Assembly: GCF_006345805.1 (NCBI RefSeq)
Contig: NC_043003.1
Location: 55,118,001-55,182,000, forward strand
Source of the DNA: Octopus sinensis
Lineage: Eukaryota
Length of the DNA: 64,000 nt
Reading direction: 5' to 3'
Positions 40,333 to 53,569 of the stretch are shown here, piece after piece (positions within the stretch are counted from its first letter, which is position 1; every line of letters starts with the position of its first letter). The position numbers were made by a program, and so were the translations under genes. The notes under the pieces were generated by a model that searched no databases, was not told where the DNA came from, and saw only the letters and a program-made list of their open reading frames with translations.

Positions 40333-42726
40333 AAGGAAAATTTTTTTTTAAATGCAGAATGCTCAAATGGAAGACAATTTTAATAAAATGAGAAATTAAT
40401 AAAATATATAAGTATATATTTATTCAACCGGTTTTCGTCATTGTATGACTTGTCAAGAATATTTATGTTTTAAAAGGTTTTTTTAAAAATTAGAAAGGGG
40501 AAAAAAAGAAAATTGCATTGTTTTTTTGCAAAAGAATAATGATAAAAATGTACAAAAATTAAAAAATAATTACTCCGATACATTGTGAGTTCGTTGTGTA
40601 TCTTGAGTTTTATGATTGTTCATGAAAAAATTACCTTGAGGTATTAAGATCCAAAGGGATTAAGAGCATGTGTTGTGTGGTTTAATTCAGCATGTTTTCA
40701 GGACAGGAAGTAGTAGTAATTGTGGTTCTTCAGTTCCTGTGTTGTGAGTAAGGGGAGACAACTCTTTTAAGTTCTTCAATAAAACCCAAATTATAAAATT
40801 ATCATTTTAGCTTCATTTGCGTTATCTTTTTATATATAATTGCTTGTTAACTTAACTTTCAGATTTTAACACTTTATTTATATTATTTTCTAATTATATA
40901 AATCTGCATAGACAATTGCATTTCAAATTGTCATATCATTTATAATAAAAATGATAGTAATAACAACAATAGTAAAAATGATATTTAAAGAATATAAGTT
41001 TTAGCTTGAAGTGATGAGTGCATGGTATCTTTATATATTGTGTTAGTCCATCCATGAAGAGTGAGGTAGAGAAAGGAAGTTTGATCAACGAGGAGTTTGC
41101 ATATTAAGTTGTGTTTGGAATTTTTCAATAAAGAGATTCTCCTTGTTAATTCTCTCCTGTGTGGTGATCCCGTCTTTACATTGGTAGAAGGGGAATATAT
41201 AGAATTTGGGGTTTAAGTCTTTAGCACATGAGTCTAAGTGGTCACTCAGTGGTATTTGTCGGTATTCCGGGAGATTTATTTGTTCTCTATGCACCGTTAC
41301 TCGTTTACGTAACGGGAGACTCGTTTGTCCAACATAATTATGTTGGCAACCAGCGCATGTGAGAACGTAGATAAGGTTCTCGGAGGAACAGGAGAAGTTA
41401 GTCTTGATTTTAAACTTCGTACCTTGTTTGAAGGTAAATTCAGAGCCTTCAAGTAGAAAGGGGCAGGTACCACAGTTTGAGCGTGCACATTTTTTTACTG
41501 TTGGGGGTGGATGTGGTGTGTGAAGTTTGGCATTTGTCAAGAGTTTTTTTTAAGATTTGTGTTGCCTTTTACATTTGAGGATTTTGTGTGTATTTATAAT
41601 GTTTTTCATTTTTGGGTCTGTTGACAGTAGGCTGAGGTTTTGTATGATTGTGGTGTATGCTTCGATATTTTTGGGGTTGTGGGTGGAAATGTATGGATGT
41701 ATTTTGAGGTTGTGTGTGGTGTTAGGTTGGGTGGTTTTCAGTGTAGTGTTGTCTAGTTCTTTGGCGCGTTTTATTCCATACTCTATAACGGTGGAGGGAT
41801 ATTGACGTTGTAATAGTGTTTTTTTGAGGTCTTGAAGGCGTATTTCTCGTGTTTTTGGATCCGAGACAATGGTGCATACCCTTTTAGCTAAATTGAAATG
41901 GATATTTGTCTTGGTGTGTTTTGGGTGGCATGAACTAAAGAGGAGGTATTGTTGTGAGTCTGTAGGTTTGTGGTAGATTTGGTTCTTAGGTGTTTTTATA
42001 ATTAGGAGATCAAGGAATGGGAGATGATGTTTGCTTAATTCCATAGTGAATTGGATGTTGGGATGTATGTTGTTTAGTATGGTTTTGAATTCCAGGAGTT
42101 TTTCATAAGGTTCTTTCCATATGATGAAACAATCATCTAAATACCTTTTCCAGTTTTCCATTAGGTAGGTGTGGAAAATATGTCCAAATTTCTGGCTTGA
42201 TATTTCATAGAGTGACAGTTCGAAGTAACCCATTATGAGGTTCGCAAGGACTGGTGCAGCCTTGGTACCCATCGCAATGCCACATTTTTGACGGTAGTGT
42301 GCGTCGTCGAAGAGACACACAGGAACTGAAGAACCACAATTACTACTACTTCCTGTCCTGTAAACATGCTGAATTAAACCACACAACACATGCTCTTAAT
42401 CCCTTTGGATCTTAATACCTCAAGGTAATTTTTTCGTGAACAATCATAAAACTCAAGATACACAACGAACTCACAATGTATCGGAGTAATTATTTTTTAA
42501 TTTTTGTACATTTTTATCATTATTCTTTTGCAAAAAACAATGCAATTTTCTTTTTTTCCCCTTTCTAATTTTTAAAAAAACCTTTTAAAACATAAATATT
42601 CTTGACAAGTCATACAATGACGAAAACCGGTTGAATAAATATATACTTATATATTTTATTAATTTCTCATTTTATTAAAATTTTCTTCCATTTGAGCATT
42701 CTGCATTTAAAAAAAAAATTTTCCTT
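40333..42726 (-). mobile_element. 5'-truncated Penelope-like element with inverted upstream pLTR (410-bp terminal inverted repeats)
   Basis: 40333-40742 is the reverse complement of 42317-42726 with about 4 differences. RT and GIY-YIG coding sequence lies between them. Confidence 0.92.
41085..42316 (-). pseudogene. Penelope RT (C-terminal half) + GIY-YIG endonuclease, one in-frame stop
   Basis: YRQKCGIAMGTKAAP...RYLDDCF...FTME...LPFLDL...YHKPTDSQQYL...CHP, then TAA at 41550-52 in frame with CARSNCGTC...NLIYVLTCAGCQHNYVGQT...RVTVHREQI...ENLFIEKF. Confidence 0.92.
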
Positions 42727-42905
42727 TCTTATCATTTCTCCACGTGCGGTCAACACAACCCCACCATTTATTGATCTATCTATATATATATATACAATTT
42801 AAAAAAGGATGCAATCTTTATAAGTATTTATCAAGTAGTCAGCGTGAAAAACATCATAAGAGAAAAAATCCGCTAATTTTTTCACATAAGTATATTTATT
42901 TATAT

Positions 42906-43506
42906 TATATAGAGTCCATTGTTACACATAAATGCCACATGCTAGGATGGACTCTCAAAGTCAAAACTATTAAAATAAATAAACACATCGTACCGAATGC
43001 AACTCTCGGAGAAAGTCATATAAAAGCAGAATTCATATTCAGATCAATGTGATTTCATAACCAGTGCAGTGGTGCACTCTTCACTGATCAGTACAAGCAT
43101 AATTCAAGATTTATAATGAATGAACAAAATCAACATACTAGACGAACAACCATCGTATCCAACGTAGAAATGTTCACCCCGCATACATCTATATAAATGG
43201 GGGACATTTTCGAATTGCATTTCGGTAACAACGTGTTTATTCGGAATAAAAATTCAGTACTGAATATATTCCGGTTAAATTTACAATTTAAAAATTGGAT
43301 AAAATCATGGATTATACTCGTACTGATGAGTAAAGCGTGCACCACTGCACTGATTATGAAATCACAGTGATCTGCAGCAAAATTCTCTTTTTAAATGACT
43401 TGCATATAGAGTTGCACTCGATGTGTTTATTTATTTTAGTAGTTTTGACTTTAAGAGTCCCCCCAAGTGTGTGGCGTTTATGTGTAATAATGCCCTCTCT
43501 CTATAT
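42906..43506. mobile_element. MITE-like element with ~190-bp diverged terminal inverted repeats
   Basis: About 42916-43105 pairs with about 43310-43492 (roughly 80% identity, e.g. AAAGTCAAAACTA.TAAAATAAATAAACACATCG and GTGATTTCATAA.CAGTGCAGTGGTGCAC). TA-rich flanks, no ORF. Confidence 0.8.
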
Positions 43507-43589
43507 GTATATATAATAAATTAATAAATAAATAAAACATATGCATATATACATACATATATGTACTACCTACCTCTACATGTATATAT

Positions 43590-43790
43590 TCATGCATATA
43601 TGGGTACAGGACACCAAAAAACGTCGAACACAATGAGAAACGAAAACATAAACACAAAACCAAGGAAATGGACATTTTTCTTAAACAACGAAATAATAGA
43701 GACCAGGACATACAATACAAGGAAAATTCCCCTTCTTCAGTTGCCTTTGTTTCATCTACTCCACGTTTCGAAGGTCAATATATATATATA
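43590..43790. repeat. Short interspersed repeat between (TA)n tracts, possibly Penelope pLTR-derived
   Basis: GGGTACAGGACACCAAAAAACG...CCCCTTCTTCAGTTG...ACGTTTCGAAGG. Contains CUGAAGA and GAAAC boxes on the minus strand but no clean hammerhead fold. Confidence 0.35.
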
Positions 43791-43804
43791 TAAATATAAA
43801 TGCG

Positions 43805-43972
43805 CCCTTTTAGGACCTAACCAGGCTCATGGACCCGGTTTCCCGGTTTCAATGGCTTATGTGTTCCCCGGCTAGACGGGACCCCAGTCCATCGCAGTGT
43901 TACTCATTTTTGCCAGCTGAGTGGCCTGGAGCAAATTGTATTGAAGTGTTCTGCAGAAGAACACAACGCATC
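43805..43972 (-). mobile_element. 5'-truncated SINE (C1-T1)
   Basis: Matches 46177-46340. Confidence 0.75.
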
Positions 43973-43989
43973 GGCTATATATCTTAATG

Positions 43990-44317
43990 GCACTCCATCC
44001 TTAATGAGGATGGAACAGCCTGCTCATGAAAGTAATGTGCAAGTGGCTGAGAACTCCACAGACACGTGTACTGTTAACTTAGTTCTCGGGGAGATTCAAC
44101 GTGGCACAGACTGTAACAAGGCTGGCCCATTGAAATGCAGGTACAACAGAAACAGAAAGAAAGAGTAAGAGAAAGTTGTGGTGAAAGATTATAGCAGGGT
44201 TCACCACCTACCGCTGCCAGAGCATCGTGGTGCTTTAGGTGTTTTCGCTCAATGAACACTCACAACACCTGATCTGGGAATCGAAACCGCGAGACCGCTG
44301 TCGTTGGGCCATTGCAC
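43990..44317 (-). mobile_element. tRNA-derived SINE (head H2 + tail T2)
   Basis: Head is shared with 27561-27827 and tail with 55918-56239. Confidence 0.75.
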
Positions 44318-44334
44318 TTACACACACACACACA

Positions 44335-44389
<55 letters not shown>

Positions 44390-46165
44390 ATGTATTTATA
44401 TATATATATGTATAGACATACGCCTCAGAGTATTTTGACACGCTTTTTCTTTCCTTGTTTCAATGTTCTCTTTACCGATTTAATTTATGCATTTGCTTCT
44501 CTCATGATTTAGATTTCCTTCATATCACTTTCATGAATATACAAATAGTCTCTGGTATGTTTGTTTAATACCCACTTGGTTTACTTTGATTCTGAAGGCT
44601 TACATCCAAATGTATTGCATCCGCGATTTTCCCGCTTCAAGCTAATTTCTTTAGTCAAATCATATAAGCAGTCATTTGTTCTAATTCAGATTCCTTATTC
44701 TAGAGAAAATCGGTCACTATTACGAATCCTACTTAATAAGCATGAGAAAGAGAATCTTATTGGTTAAGCATGCATTTATTTCAAACAGCAACCCTTTATT
44801 CTATATTTCGATAGATAGAACAGTCCACTCTATCGAACTTGATGCTTGACTCTTATTCATTCTATTGACTAAAGATGATAAAATGTCATTTAGTCATAAG
44901 TAGGATTCAAGATCACAGCATAAATTGACGTAATTAATGACATGTGGTAACTTTTCCACTAAATTTGGTGTTTTTATTAATACATTGCTCTTTAGATATA
45001 TACGTAGGGATATTTATATGCATGTATACACCTACATGCACACCCATATATTCCAACATACATGCCTATACACACACATATAAATAGATAAATATATAGA
45101 TCGTGAGAGAGAGAGAGAGAGAGAGAGATAGAGAGAGAGGGGGGGAGACAGGCAGTAAAGCAGAGAGAAAGAGAGAGGGAGGAAGGAAGGCAGAGAGAGA
45201 TGCTATTTGATATACACGGCATTTAAATGCGAGCTGCTTACAGTTTCATGCAAATTTATATACCGTGCCGTGTGTCACCAAGGATCAGTGAGTGTGTGAA
45301 TTATCGCGGTGCTACGGCAGAAAACATTAGTAGTTTGTTTTTTTTCTAGATACTGTGTATATTAAATGATATCTATCTCTCACTGGATGGAGTACCATTT
45401 TGCTCATCATACCAATAACAGAACAGCAAACTATCTACACACACATACACACACACACACACACACAAACATTCGTGCATACATACATACATGCATACAT
45501 ACATACATACATACACACAAACATACATACACACACACACACCTACATACACACACATAGATACATACATTCATACACATGCATACACATACATGCATAC
45601 ACATACACACATACATACACACATATATAAACCTGAATTCACACATACATGCATACGTATGTAAATACATGCATACGCCAATTTCACAGCTAAGAAACAG
45701 GTTGCGTTCTCATTATAACGATTAGTCAGATGATTCCAAGGTTCCTAGTGTTTAGCCGGTACATATTATTTAATCCTGTAGAGATAAAAAACATGTCGAT
45801 CCAGTTCTCATGTGTTTACTAACGAAAATATGCAGAGATACTATTAAACAAGGGAATGCATATTTTCGAGTTGGTCAGGTCAAACTGCCTAGCACAACGA
45901 TCAGTGTCTAGAGATCACCATGAATTTGTACCTGGAAAGTCCTTTCCATGATACTTTTATGAAGACTAGTAGTTAGACAAATATTAGTAAGTTCCTTCCA
46001 TATGTGATACCAATTTTTTTTACAGTGATCAAGGGAAGTGCTCATAGAGGTTGGTAATTGTGCTGTTACGTGTGAAATTAAAGAAAAAACATGAAAGATT
46101 CGTACGTTATACTGTTAGGCATTTTGCCCAGTGTTCTTACAATAGCTCCAATCTGTTGCCATAAA

Positions 46166-46418
46166 AAATAAATGAGCCCTTTTAAAGCCTAGCCAGGGTC
46201 ATGGCCCGGTTTCCCGGTTTCTATGGTGTATGTGCTCCTCAGCTGGGCGGGACGCCAGTCTATCGCAGCGTTACTCATTTTTGCCAGCTAAGTGGACTGG
46301 AGCAACGTAAAATGAAGTGTTTTACTCAAGAACACAACACGTCGCCCGGTCCAGGAATCAAAACCACAATCTTACGATTATGATGCTGACACTCTAACCA
46401 CTAAGCCACGCGCCTCCA
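46166..46418 (-). mobile_element. Full-length tRNA-derived SINE (H1-C1-T1) with a 17-bp TSD
   Basis: Minus strand GTGGAGGCGCGTGGCTTAGTGGTTAGAGTGTC head. TSD CAATCTGTTGC(C/T)ATAAA at 46149-46165 and 46419-46435. Confidence 0.88.
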
Positions 46419-47234
46419 CAATCTGTTGCTATAAAGTGGAAAATTATTTCATCGACCCCTACAAAGATGCAAGTAAAATCACTGACCAGGCGTTTCATCT
46501 GACTTTGCCAACTCGTCACTTTAACGACCTCAGAAGGAATATATGCTGTTAGTATAATGTTATTTTCTGTGTCACTGTTTATCCCCCACCTTTCTGTCCT
46601 TCTCCCCTGTCTCTCTGATTATTGGAACCGATATAATAATTATGCTTGACCACTTAGAGAGAAAGAATACATCACAAAAACACGTTCCAGAAATCACAAA
46701 TAGTTTTTCCATAACGACGTAGACCACCAGCAACGCTTGGTCTTCCTTAGTTATAAATACTATACTCAACAAATCTATAGATAAAATTCGGGTACCGGGT
46801 GGGAGATGGAAACCAGAATGATTTCTAAAATGTCATACGTATCCATCACAAATGTCTCCGCCTACTTCTTAGCACTCACTACACAAACTCACTGAATATT
46901 CTCCAAACGGATCCTTCTCGTCTATTAAACCGAAATCACTGTATTACATTATAATGGTGTCTACTCCAGATGATAGTTATTCTAAACAGAATAAGAAGTT
47001 AAGTTAGTGCGCTACAGAAAACCCAGTAAATACAATAGCATAAGGAGGCTACAATGATGGTGAAATACAGCATGTGTTGGCAATAAATTTCTCCATTCTG
47101 ATCAACCATATGTAAACTGAGAACGGCAACAATGACAACAACCACATGTATAAATGTTATTTAAATTGTATGTGTGTGCTTCTCTCTGTGTGTAAATATA
47201 CACGTATTCATGAAAGTATATACACAACCGCATT

Positions 47235-47265
<31 letters not shown>

Positions 47266-47629
47266 CTATATATATATATATGGGCGTGTATAAATGCATA
47301 AACATATGTATGTATGTTTGTCAGTACGCATACACCCAAATACACACACGCACACAGATACAGAAACATGCACAGTGTACAGAATTGGACGGTTAGTGGA
47401 TGCAAGAAGGGATAAGGGTGAGAGGACTAGAAAGAGAACAGTCCGAGGATTAAAAAATGAAGAGGGGTCAGAGAGAGTGAGATGAGCTAGGGCGGGAGGT
47501 AAAATGCGGGCTGTAAGTAAGCATCTCAGCGAGTAAACCGAGTAACAGATTCTGTTTCTTTTTTTTAAGGATTGGAATGGAAGGGAGTGACTTGTAGATG
47601 AAAAATAGCAAACCTACAAAAAGATATAT

Positions 47630-47890
47630 TCATACTACTACTACTACTACTATTACTACTACTACTACTACTACTACTACAACTACTACTACCACCACCA
47701 CCACCACCAATACCACCACCACCAACACCACCACCACCACCATCACCATCACCACCGCCGCCAAAAGCACCACCAACATCACAACCACCACCACCATTAC
47801 TACCACCATCACCACCACGACCAATACTACTACTACTATGTCTACTACTGCTACTGTAGCGACTACTACTACTACTACTACTACTTAGTA
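47630..47890. repeat. (ACT)n/(ACC)n compound trinucleotide repeat
   Basis: Direct reading. It produces the poly-Thr and poly-Val ORF artefacts. Confidence 0.95.
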
Positions 47891-48029
47891 GTAGTAATGT
47901 TGTTGTTGGTGGTGGTGATGGTAGTAGTTCTTGATGTAGTAGTATAGTAGTACCTTGTATTATTTACTTGTTTCAATCACTGGATTGCAGCAAAGCTGGA
48001 ACTCCGTCTTGAATCAGAGTATCATGCAC

Positions 48030-48109
<80 letters not shown>

Positions 48110-48574
48110 TATATATTTTTTTAATTCGTTTATGGTAACATTAGAAATATGCAAATGAAGCTCCTATTTCATTAAGCTGGCTACCGTTTAATGATACTGA
48201 CTAGTAAGTCCGTTTTTTTTCGTGGTTGCATTATGGTTATACCGATATAATGAAGGTTATATATAATAATAACAATAATTCTAGGATGGAATTTATAACT
48301 ATTTAATACATCGCTACGCGCATTTCCACAAATCGCATTTTAACATGACAGTCGGTATCCTTGCAATTAATACTGTACAGTCCGTATTATCCGTGGCATC
48401 AGGTTGATCATTGTTATTGATTCATTTCATCAGGAGATACTGGATTTTTGGATGAATCACAGAGGGATGTTTATCCCTTCATGCCAGTTTGAAGGACAAT
48501 CTAGCTATATGGGTATTTCTGTATGTACTTGGTAAGGGGGGGTAGGCGATGAGCGCAGAGGAAGGAATGGTAGT

Positions 48575-48857
48575 AATATGGCTCCAGAGCGTGGGCTGCG
48601 GGCTCCCTTCCGAAAAGCTCTATCTACGACGATTTCATCTCAATCGAAGGAGAGGGGCTTTCTCCGTCCGGGTTGCAGATCCGTGGAATAAGCTGCCGGA
48701 CGAGATAGTGGAGATGCCGACGACCGCTCGGTTCAAAGTCTCTCTTGACCAGAAATAGCCTGAACTCTTTGTATGACCACCCTCCCTGTACATAACTCCC
48801 TGTCCCCCTACATCGCCTTGCTTTTGCTTTTTGAGCCAATAAAAATTGAATTGAAAA
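48575..48857 (+). mobile_element. CR1/L2-type LINE 3' end
   Basis: KLYLRRFHLNRRRGAFSVRVADPWNKLPDEIVEMPTTARFKVSLDQ matches the R..FFS.RV...WN.LP..VV.....FK..LD C-terminus of CR1-group ORF2. Followed by a short UTR and CCAATAAAAATTGAATTGAA. Confidence 0.85.
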
Positions 48858-49212
48858 ACGTTGAATAGAGGTGTGAGTGGTTAGATTTCTTGGCTATTTA
48901 TTCTGTAAATTTTTAGGATGGTCACTCATTCACCAGCTTTAAGAATGGTAGTATATTACCCTGTTCTATTTCATTCAAGACATGACACTCTTCAAAACAT
49001 TCTGAACTCAACGGGAGGTCAGCTGTTGTACCGCGGGGTTTGTTGACCGAATTGATTAATACCACGCTTCTTATGGTGACTTTTTCGCTGTTTCTGTTGT
49101 TATAGTGTGTATCATCTCAAACAGTGGTATTTTCGTTTATTTGTTGGGTTAGTTAACTTTTCTATAATTTATTACTTCTTTTCAAAATATTTTCTTCAAA
49201 TTCCGAGAATGA

Positions 49213-49583
49213 TATTTTGTTTCTATGCTTACATAGCATGACATTCTCACGATTTCCCTGGATGGGTTTATTTCCAGGGTTTCAAAAGGGAATATGTTGT
49301 ATACTCGCGAAGTCCTGTTATATGATGCAGCATTTTTTTTATAATGGACCAGTGGGATGAATATTCATCACATCTCTATCGAACCTCGTTTGGAGGTTAA
49401 AACAGAATAGAGTAGCATACACAACCTACTGGTCCATTATAAAAACTGCTGCACCATATTTTGGGACCTCATGAGTATGCCTCATAGTCCTTGAAGAAAT
49501 CCTGGAAATAATAACATCCAGGAAAAACTTGATAAATAGACAAGTTGAGATGGAGATGTCATGAAAGCATAGGGACAAAAGTA
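49213..49583. mobile_element. Old palindromic MITE-like element
   Basis: About 49215-49360 pairs with about 49424-49580 (e.g. TGCAGCA.TTTTTATAATGGACCAGT and CCTGGATG....TATTTCCAGG), roughly 75% identity, with possible TA ends. Confidence 0.7.
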
Positions 49584-50174
49584 CATACAAACATATCCAC
49601 ATAGCTCGATTGGCCTTCATACTAACAAGGGATAAACACCTCTCTGTAATTCATCCACTCATGCAGTATCACCTTATGAAATTAAGCAATGATGGTTATC
49701 AAGCGGATGCCCACAAATAATACGGACTCAACTGTACTAATGCCAAGGATACGACTCTGATGTTAAAATCTTGTGAATTGTAGAAATGCGCGGAGAGATG
49801 TATTAAATAATTATAAATTCCATCCTAGAATTATTGTCATTATTCTACACAGTTTTCGGTTAATAACTTAAGTCACAAGGCACTGGTCAGACTGGAACCG
49901 TAGTACTTGCCGAAAACTCGAAACCCTGTACATAATTCTTTGCTGTTTTTGCTAAGAGTATCTTACATCATGAATCGTTCCATTTGTAATAATCGTGTCT
50001 TTTTTTGCATTTTGTGGAAAGAACTTAGAATCTTACTCCCCAATTTTGAATACTTTTGGAGTTTTCCTGCTATTTATAAAAAATCGCGCAAAAACGTAAT
50101 TTAGACTGTGTTATGTCTTGATCCAGTTTGTTATTAGTTATTTCATATTTACATAAAATAACGGTTTCAAATTT

Positions 50175-50358
50175 TGACAAAAGGCCATCAAGTTTGGGGA
50201 TGGGCAAGTTGATTACACCGATTCTAGTTTTCCACAGGTACTTATTTTATCGACCCCGAGAGGATGCAGGACAAATCAATCTCGGCGGAATTTGAACTCA
50301 GAAAGAAAAGACCGACGAACTGCCACTAAACATTATGCCCGGCGTGCTACCGCCTTAC
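50175..50358 (-). mobile_element. SINE (37380 family), decayed
   Basis: TTTATCGACCCCGAGAGGATG...CTCGGCGGAATTTGAACTCAGAA. Confidence 0.7.
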
Positions 50359-51519
50359 ACATATATAAAACATTTACCTTACTTTCGAAACCATTAAAAA
50401 AGTCTGGTACTGTTTCTCTGTGACAAGTATTATTAAAAATAATAATAATACAAGTATTATTATGTAAAAAAGAAAACAACTTTGAAACATCACAAGATTT
50501 TTTGACACCAATGTGATTTGAAACTGTGTATGTAACTTCTTACCCGGATGTAGATGTATCATTTTTATCAAGTAGCTTTAAATTTTTTTTTTATCTCTAA
50601 GAGAAAAGCGAAATAGAGGCTTCCATGCTCTATTTCACAGAACCTTCCAGAGTGAAGAGTGTGCGAAAAAAAAAACAAAGACATTTTTCAGCATGCGTAC
50701 ACGAATGTGAAGTCCACGAAATCTGCCTAGCATCAATGTGGTCATGACAAACCAGAACCGTAATCAAGTCTGCTACGCTTATGTATCTTGTATTATAGCA
50801 AATTATTGAGTGTTCCCACTCAGTTATTTTAAATATTTGATGTGTGATTTGAGAGTCATTGCTGTTTATCTTTAGTTCAGTCTTAATTCTGAATACACAG
50901 AGAGTGTATTCAATGTTCGTGGGTTGTTTTTTGTGAAGATACTAAGGTGCGTTATGCTTCCACGATACAACTACACATGTGAGACTTAATCCAGAAAATA
51001 CATAATTAAGGAATTATCTTCAAGATAATTGCAGAACTAATCAATATGGGAAGGATAAGATACGAAGTCGGCTTTTGTAGTGTTGACTTGAAAACACGAA
51101 ATTCACTTGTGAACGACCCTGTCTGAAACGCAACTGATTCTTCCATCTGAAACTATCAACGTGCTAATTGTAATATTCATGATTGCAACTTACGAACAAG
51201 AATTAATTATTCCTTATTGGACTGAGATTTCAAAATATATTTTGTGGTTCTTCAGTGCACCTTATTTGACCAAGTGTTTTATTTTAACTTGGAGTAATGG
51301 TTTGAAGTTATATTCTCTATCTACGACATTGCTTTCCAAGGGGAATACTCACCCCAAAACGTAAGCAAATTAATCTTTCTAGATGTCATTTTTCATGTAA
51401 TTAGTAAAACGGTCTTCGATGAACAGAGTAAATGCCACAAAAAAGCAAAGTTTAAATCAATCATCACGATGCTCACAACACGGACGGAAAATCAATTCTA
51501 TTATTCTCCTAGAAGCACA

Positions 51520-51706
51520 TGGCCTGAAAGTTTGGGAGGGAGTAAGTCGACCCTAGTATTTGACTGGTATTCATTTTTAGCGAACCTGAAAAGGAGAAAG
51601 GCAAAGTTGACTTCAACAGTATTAGAATTTAGACAGTAAAAGGCAGATAGAATGTCACAAAGTATTTTGTCCAGCTTGCTACCGGTTCAGCTAGCTTGCC
51701 ACCTTG
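51520..51706 (-). mobile_element. SINE (37380 family), highly decayed
   Basis: GTCGACCCTAGTATTTGACTGGTA...GAAAGGCAAAGTTGAC...CTAGCTTGCCACCTT. Confidence 0.5.
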
Positions 51707-52881
51707 CGGAAGGAAAATGAATACAACTTAATTTAATTCGTTACTATTGATAAGTTTCTGCTTTACTTAGTATGAATCTCCTGGAGATGGTAACTATGCC
51801 AAAAGATACTGTAGTGTCAACACAGCGATAACATCTTTGTTTGCAATGAATTATACCCTGGAAGCTTTCGTGTTTGCTGGTTTAAGAAGAACGGAATAAA
51901 GAGTTTTGATGTCCCTACGAGATCAACTCACGCTGGGTGCAGGGATTCCCCTGCTCTACGAAGTAAGATGATTTTAAATTACATTGGCTTTTATTCCTAC
52001 AGACACGACGCTCCCATTATTTCAAATAGTGTGACCGAGAACACAGCCGCCCAAGTCGGAAAAAATATAACTACAATTACAAATTCGGTCTAGAATTTGA
52101 AATGATTTGGGTGTAACGTCTATCAGATAGAGTTGCAGTAAAGAGGATTTTTTTGTAGGTCGCTCAGTGTGTCTATGGAATTCAGAAGTTTGCTTTGTAT
52201 TGACAGGATTTTGTTTTGTTGTACAGCGTGGTACCCTTTGTTGGTGTCATTTAAGGTTGCCTGCAGTCAACTAAACGCTTGAAATTCTGAAGATGGCTAT
52301 TGAGCACAGATTCGTCGGTGGCACTAGATTAATTAATCGTCTATCCAGATCATCTGACCGCTGGATAATCCGAGCAAAGCCAAGTGTTTTTCAGACATCA
52401 TGAGCAGATCTATTGTTGGATGAAATCTAATGACATTTGATTTCTGTTGTGTTTGCTTTTTGGAATTTTGCAGAACCTGAAAATATAACCTGGGCAGATT
52501 CGCTTTGTATCAAATATAAGCAACAAATAACCTTGATGCCAACGTAATGGAAGTAGTGGTTTAAAAATGAGTAAGACCTGATCGAGCAAATATACTTTCA
52601 AAATGCATTCTGCCATGACCATACAGGAAAGTCGATTAATAAGGATTTTATTCAACACATTTCCTTCTCAAATTAACTTATTGCAGCAGTCCTTTCGTTT
52701 TTCTAAGCCCTGTAAAGGAACTCGGAATGTTGGGCATCAAACTAGGCATTTCATAGCACCCTTAAAGCCAGGAACTTTTCAGCATCCCCGCATATATCCG
52801 AAACTTATATTGTCGATTGAGTCATACTGATTTAAAAGGCGTAAATTGCGATTAGAGGGAGATTTAGCTAGTATATATATA

Positions 52882-53200
52882 TTGACACTGACCATGAGTT
52901 TCCACCTAGAGAGTTACCCTCTGAGGCACAAGTCTGGGCAAGGTTGTTTTATGGAAGACCAGCAGTCGACCATGCATACCGGTCTCCCCTCTCTACGTCA
53001 CCGATGTTGTCCAAGGGAAAGGCAAGGGCCGATACAGCTTGGCACCTGTGACGTCGCAACTCATTTCTACAGCTGAGTGAACTGGAGCAACGTGAAATAA
53101 AGTGTCTTGCTCAAGAACACAACACGCAGCCCGGTCCGGGATTCGAGCTCACAACCTCACGATCGTAAGCTCGACGCTCTAACCACTGAGCCACGCGCCT
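52882..53200 (-). mobile_element. Full-length tRNA-derived SINE (H1-C1-T3) in (TA)n
   Basis: Minus strand AGGCGCGTGGCTCAGTGGTTAGAGCGTCGAGCTTACGATCGTGAGGTTGTGAGCTCGAATCCCGGACC, with clear A and B boxes. Confidence 0.88.
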
Positions 53201-53569
53201 ATATATATATATACATATATATATAGCAAGTCAAGCCACAACCGATATGTATGCTAGCTTACATAATATAAGCTATTAATGTTCGTTCGAACCGGTACTA
53301 ACCAAATACTGAAAACATCTTTTGCCATAAGGCAATGGAGAAGGTCAGAAATGCAGCCACTAATAAACCGGTAGTTAGTATGTTGTAATCTCGGATTTTT
53401 CTCCGTCTCCTTTTCCTTCCATCAGTTCTTCTCATTCTTCTTCTTGTTCATCACATTACTATTTTCTTTTTCCTCTTCTTAATTTTCTACTACTTAGAAT
53501 TCCATTTTATTCTCGAAACTGAGGTTCTTCGTGTTGTTTATTAAATTCCTTCCAGAATTCTCATTAGCA

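Noticed and set aside
43720-43785. Type II hammerhead reading of GAAAC...CUGAAGA on the minus strand
   Set aside because: The cleavage triplet would end in G and stem II overlaps the core, so the fold is not valid.
52474-52570. Plus-strand exon-like segment with a strong acceptor and GTAAGA donor
   Set aside because: Stops occur in all three frames, and the donor overlaps a short dispersed repeat (CCTGATCGAGCA...CCATGACCAT family).
53120-53200. tRNA-like sequences at SINE heads (also 1043-1118, 5915-5990, 46340-46418, 56165-56239)
   Set aside because: No complete acceptor stem, and each continues into a repeated SINE body, so these are not tRNA genes.
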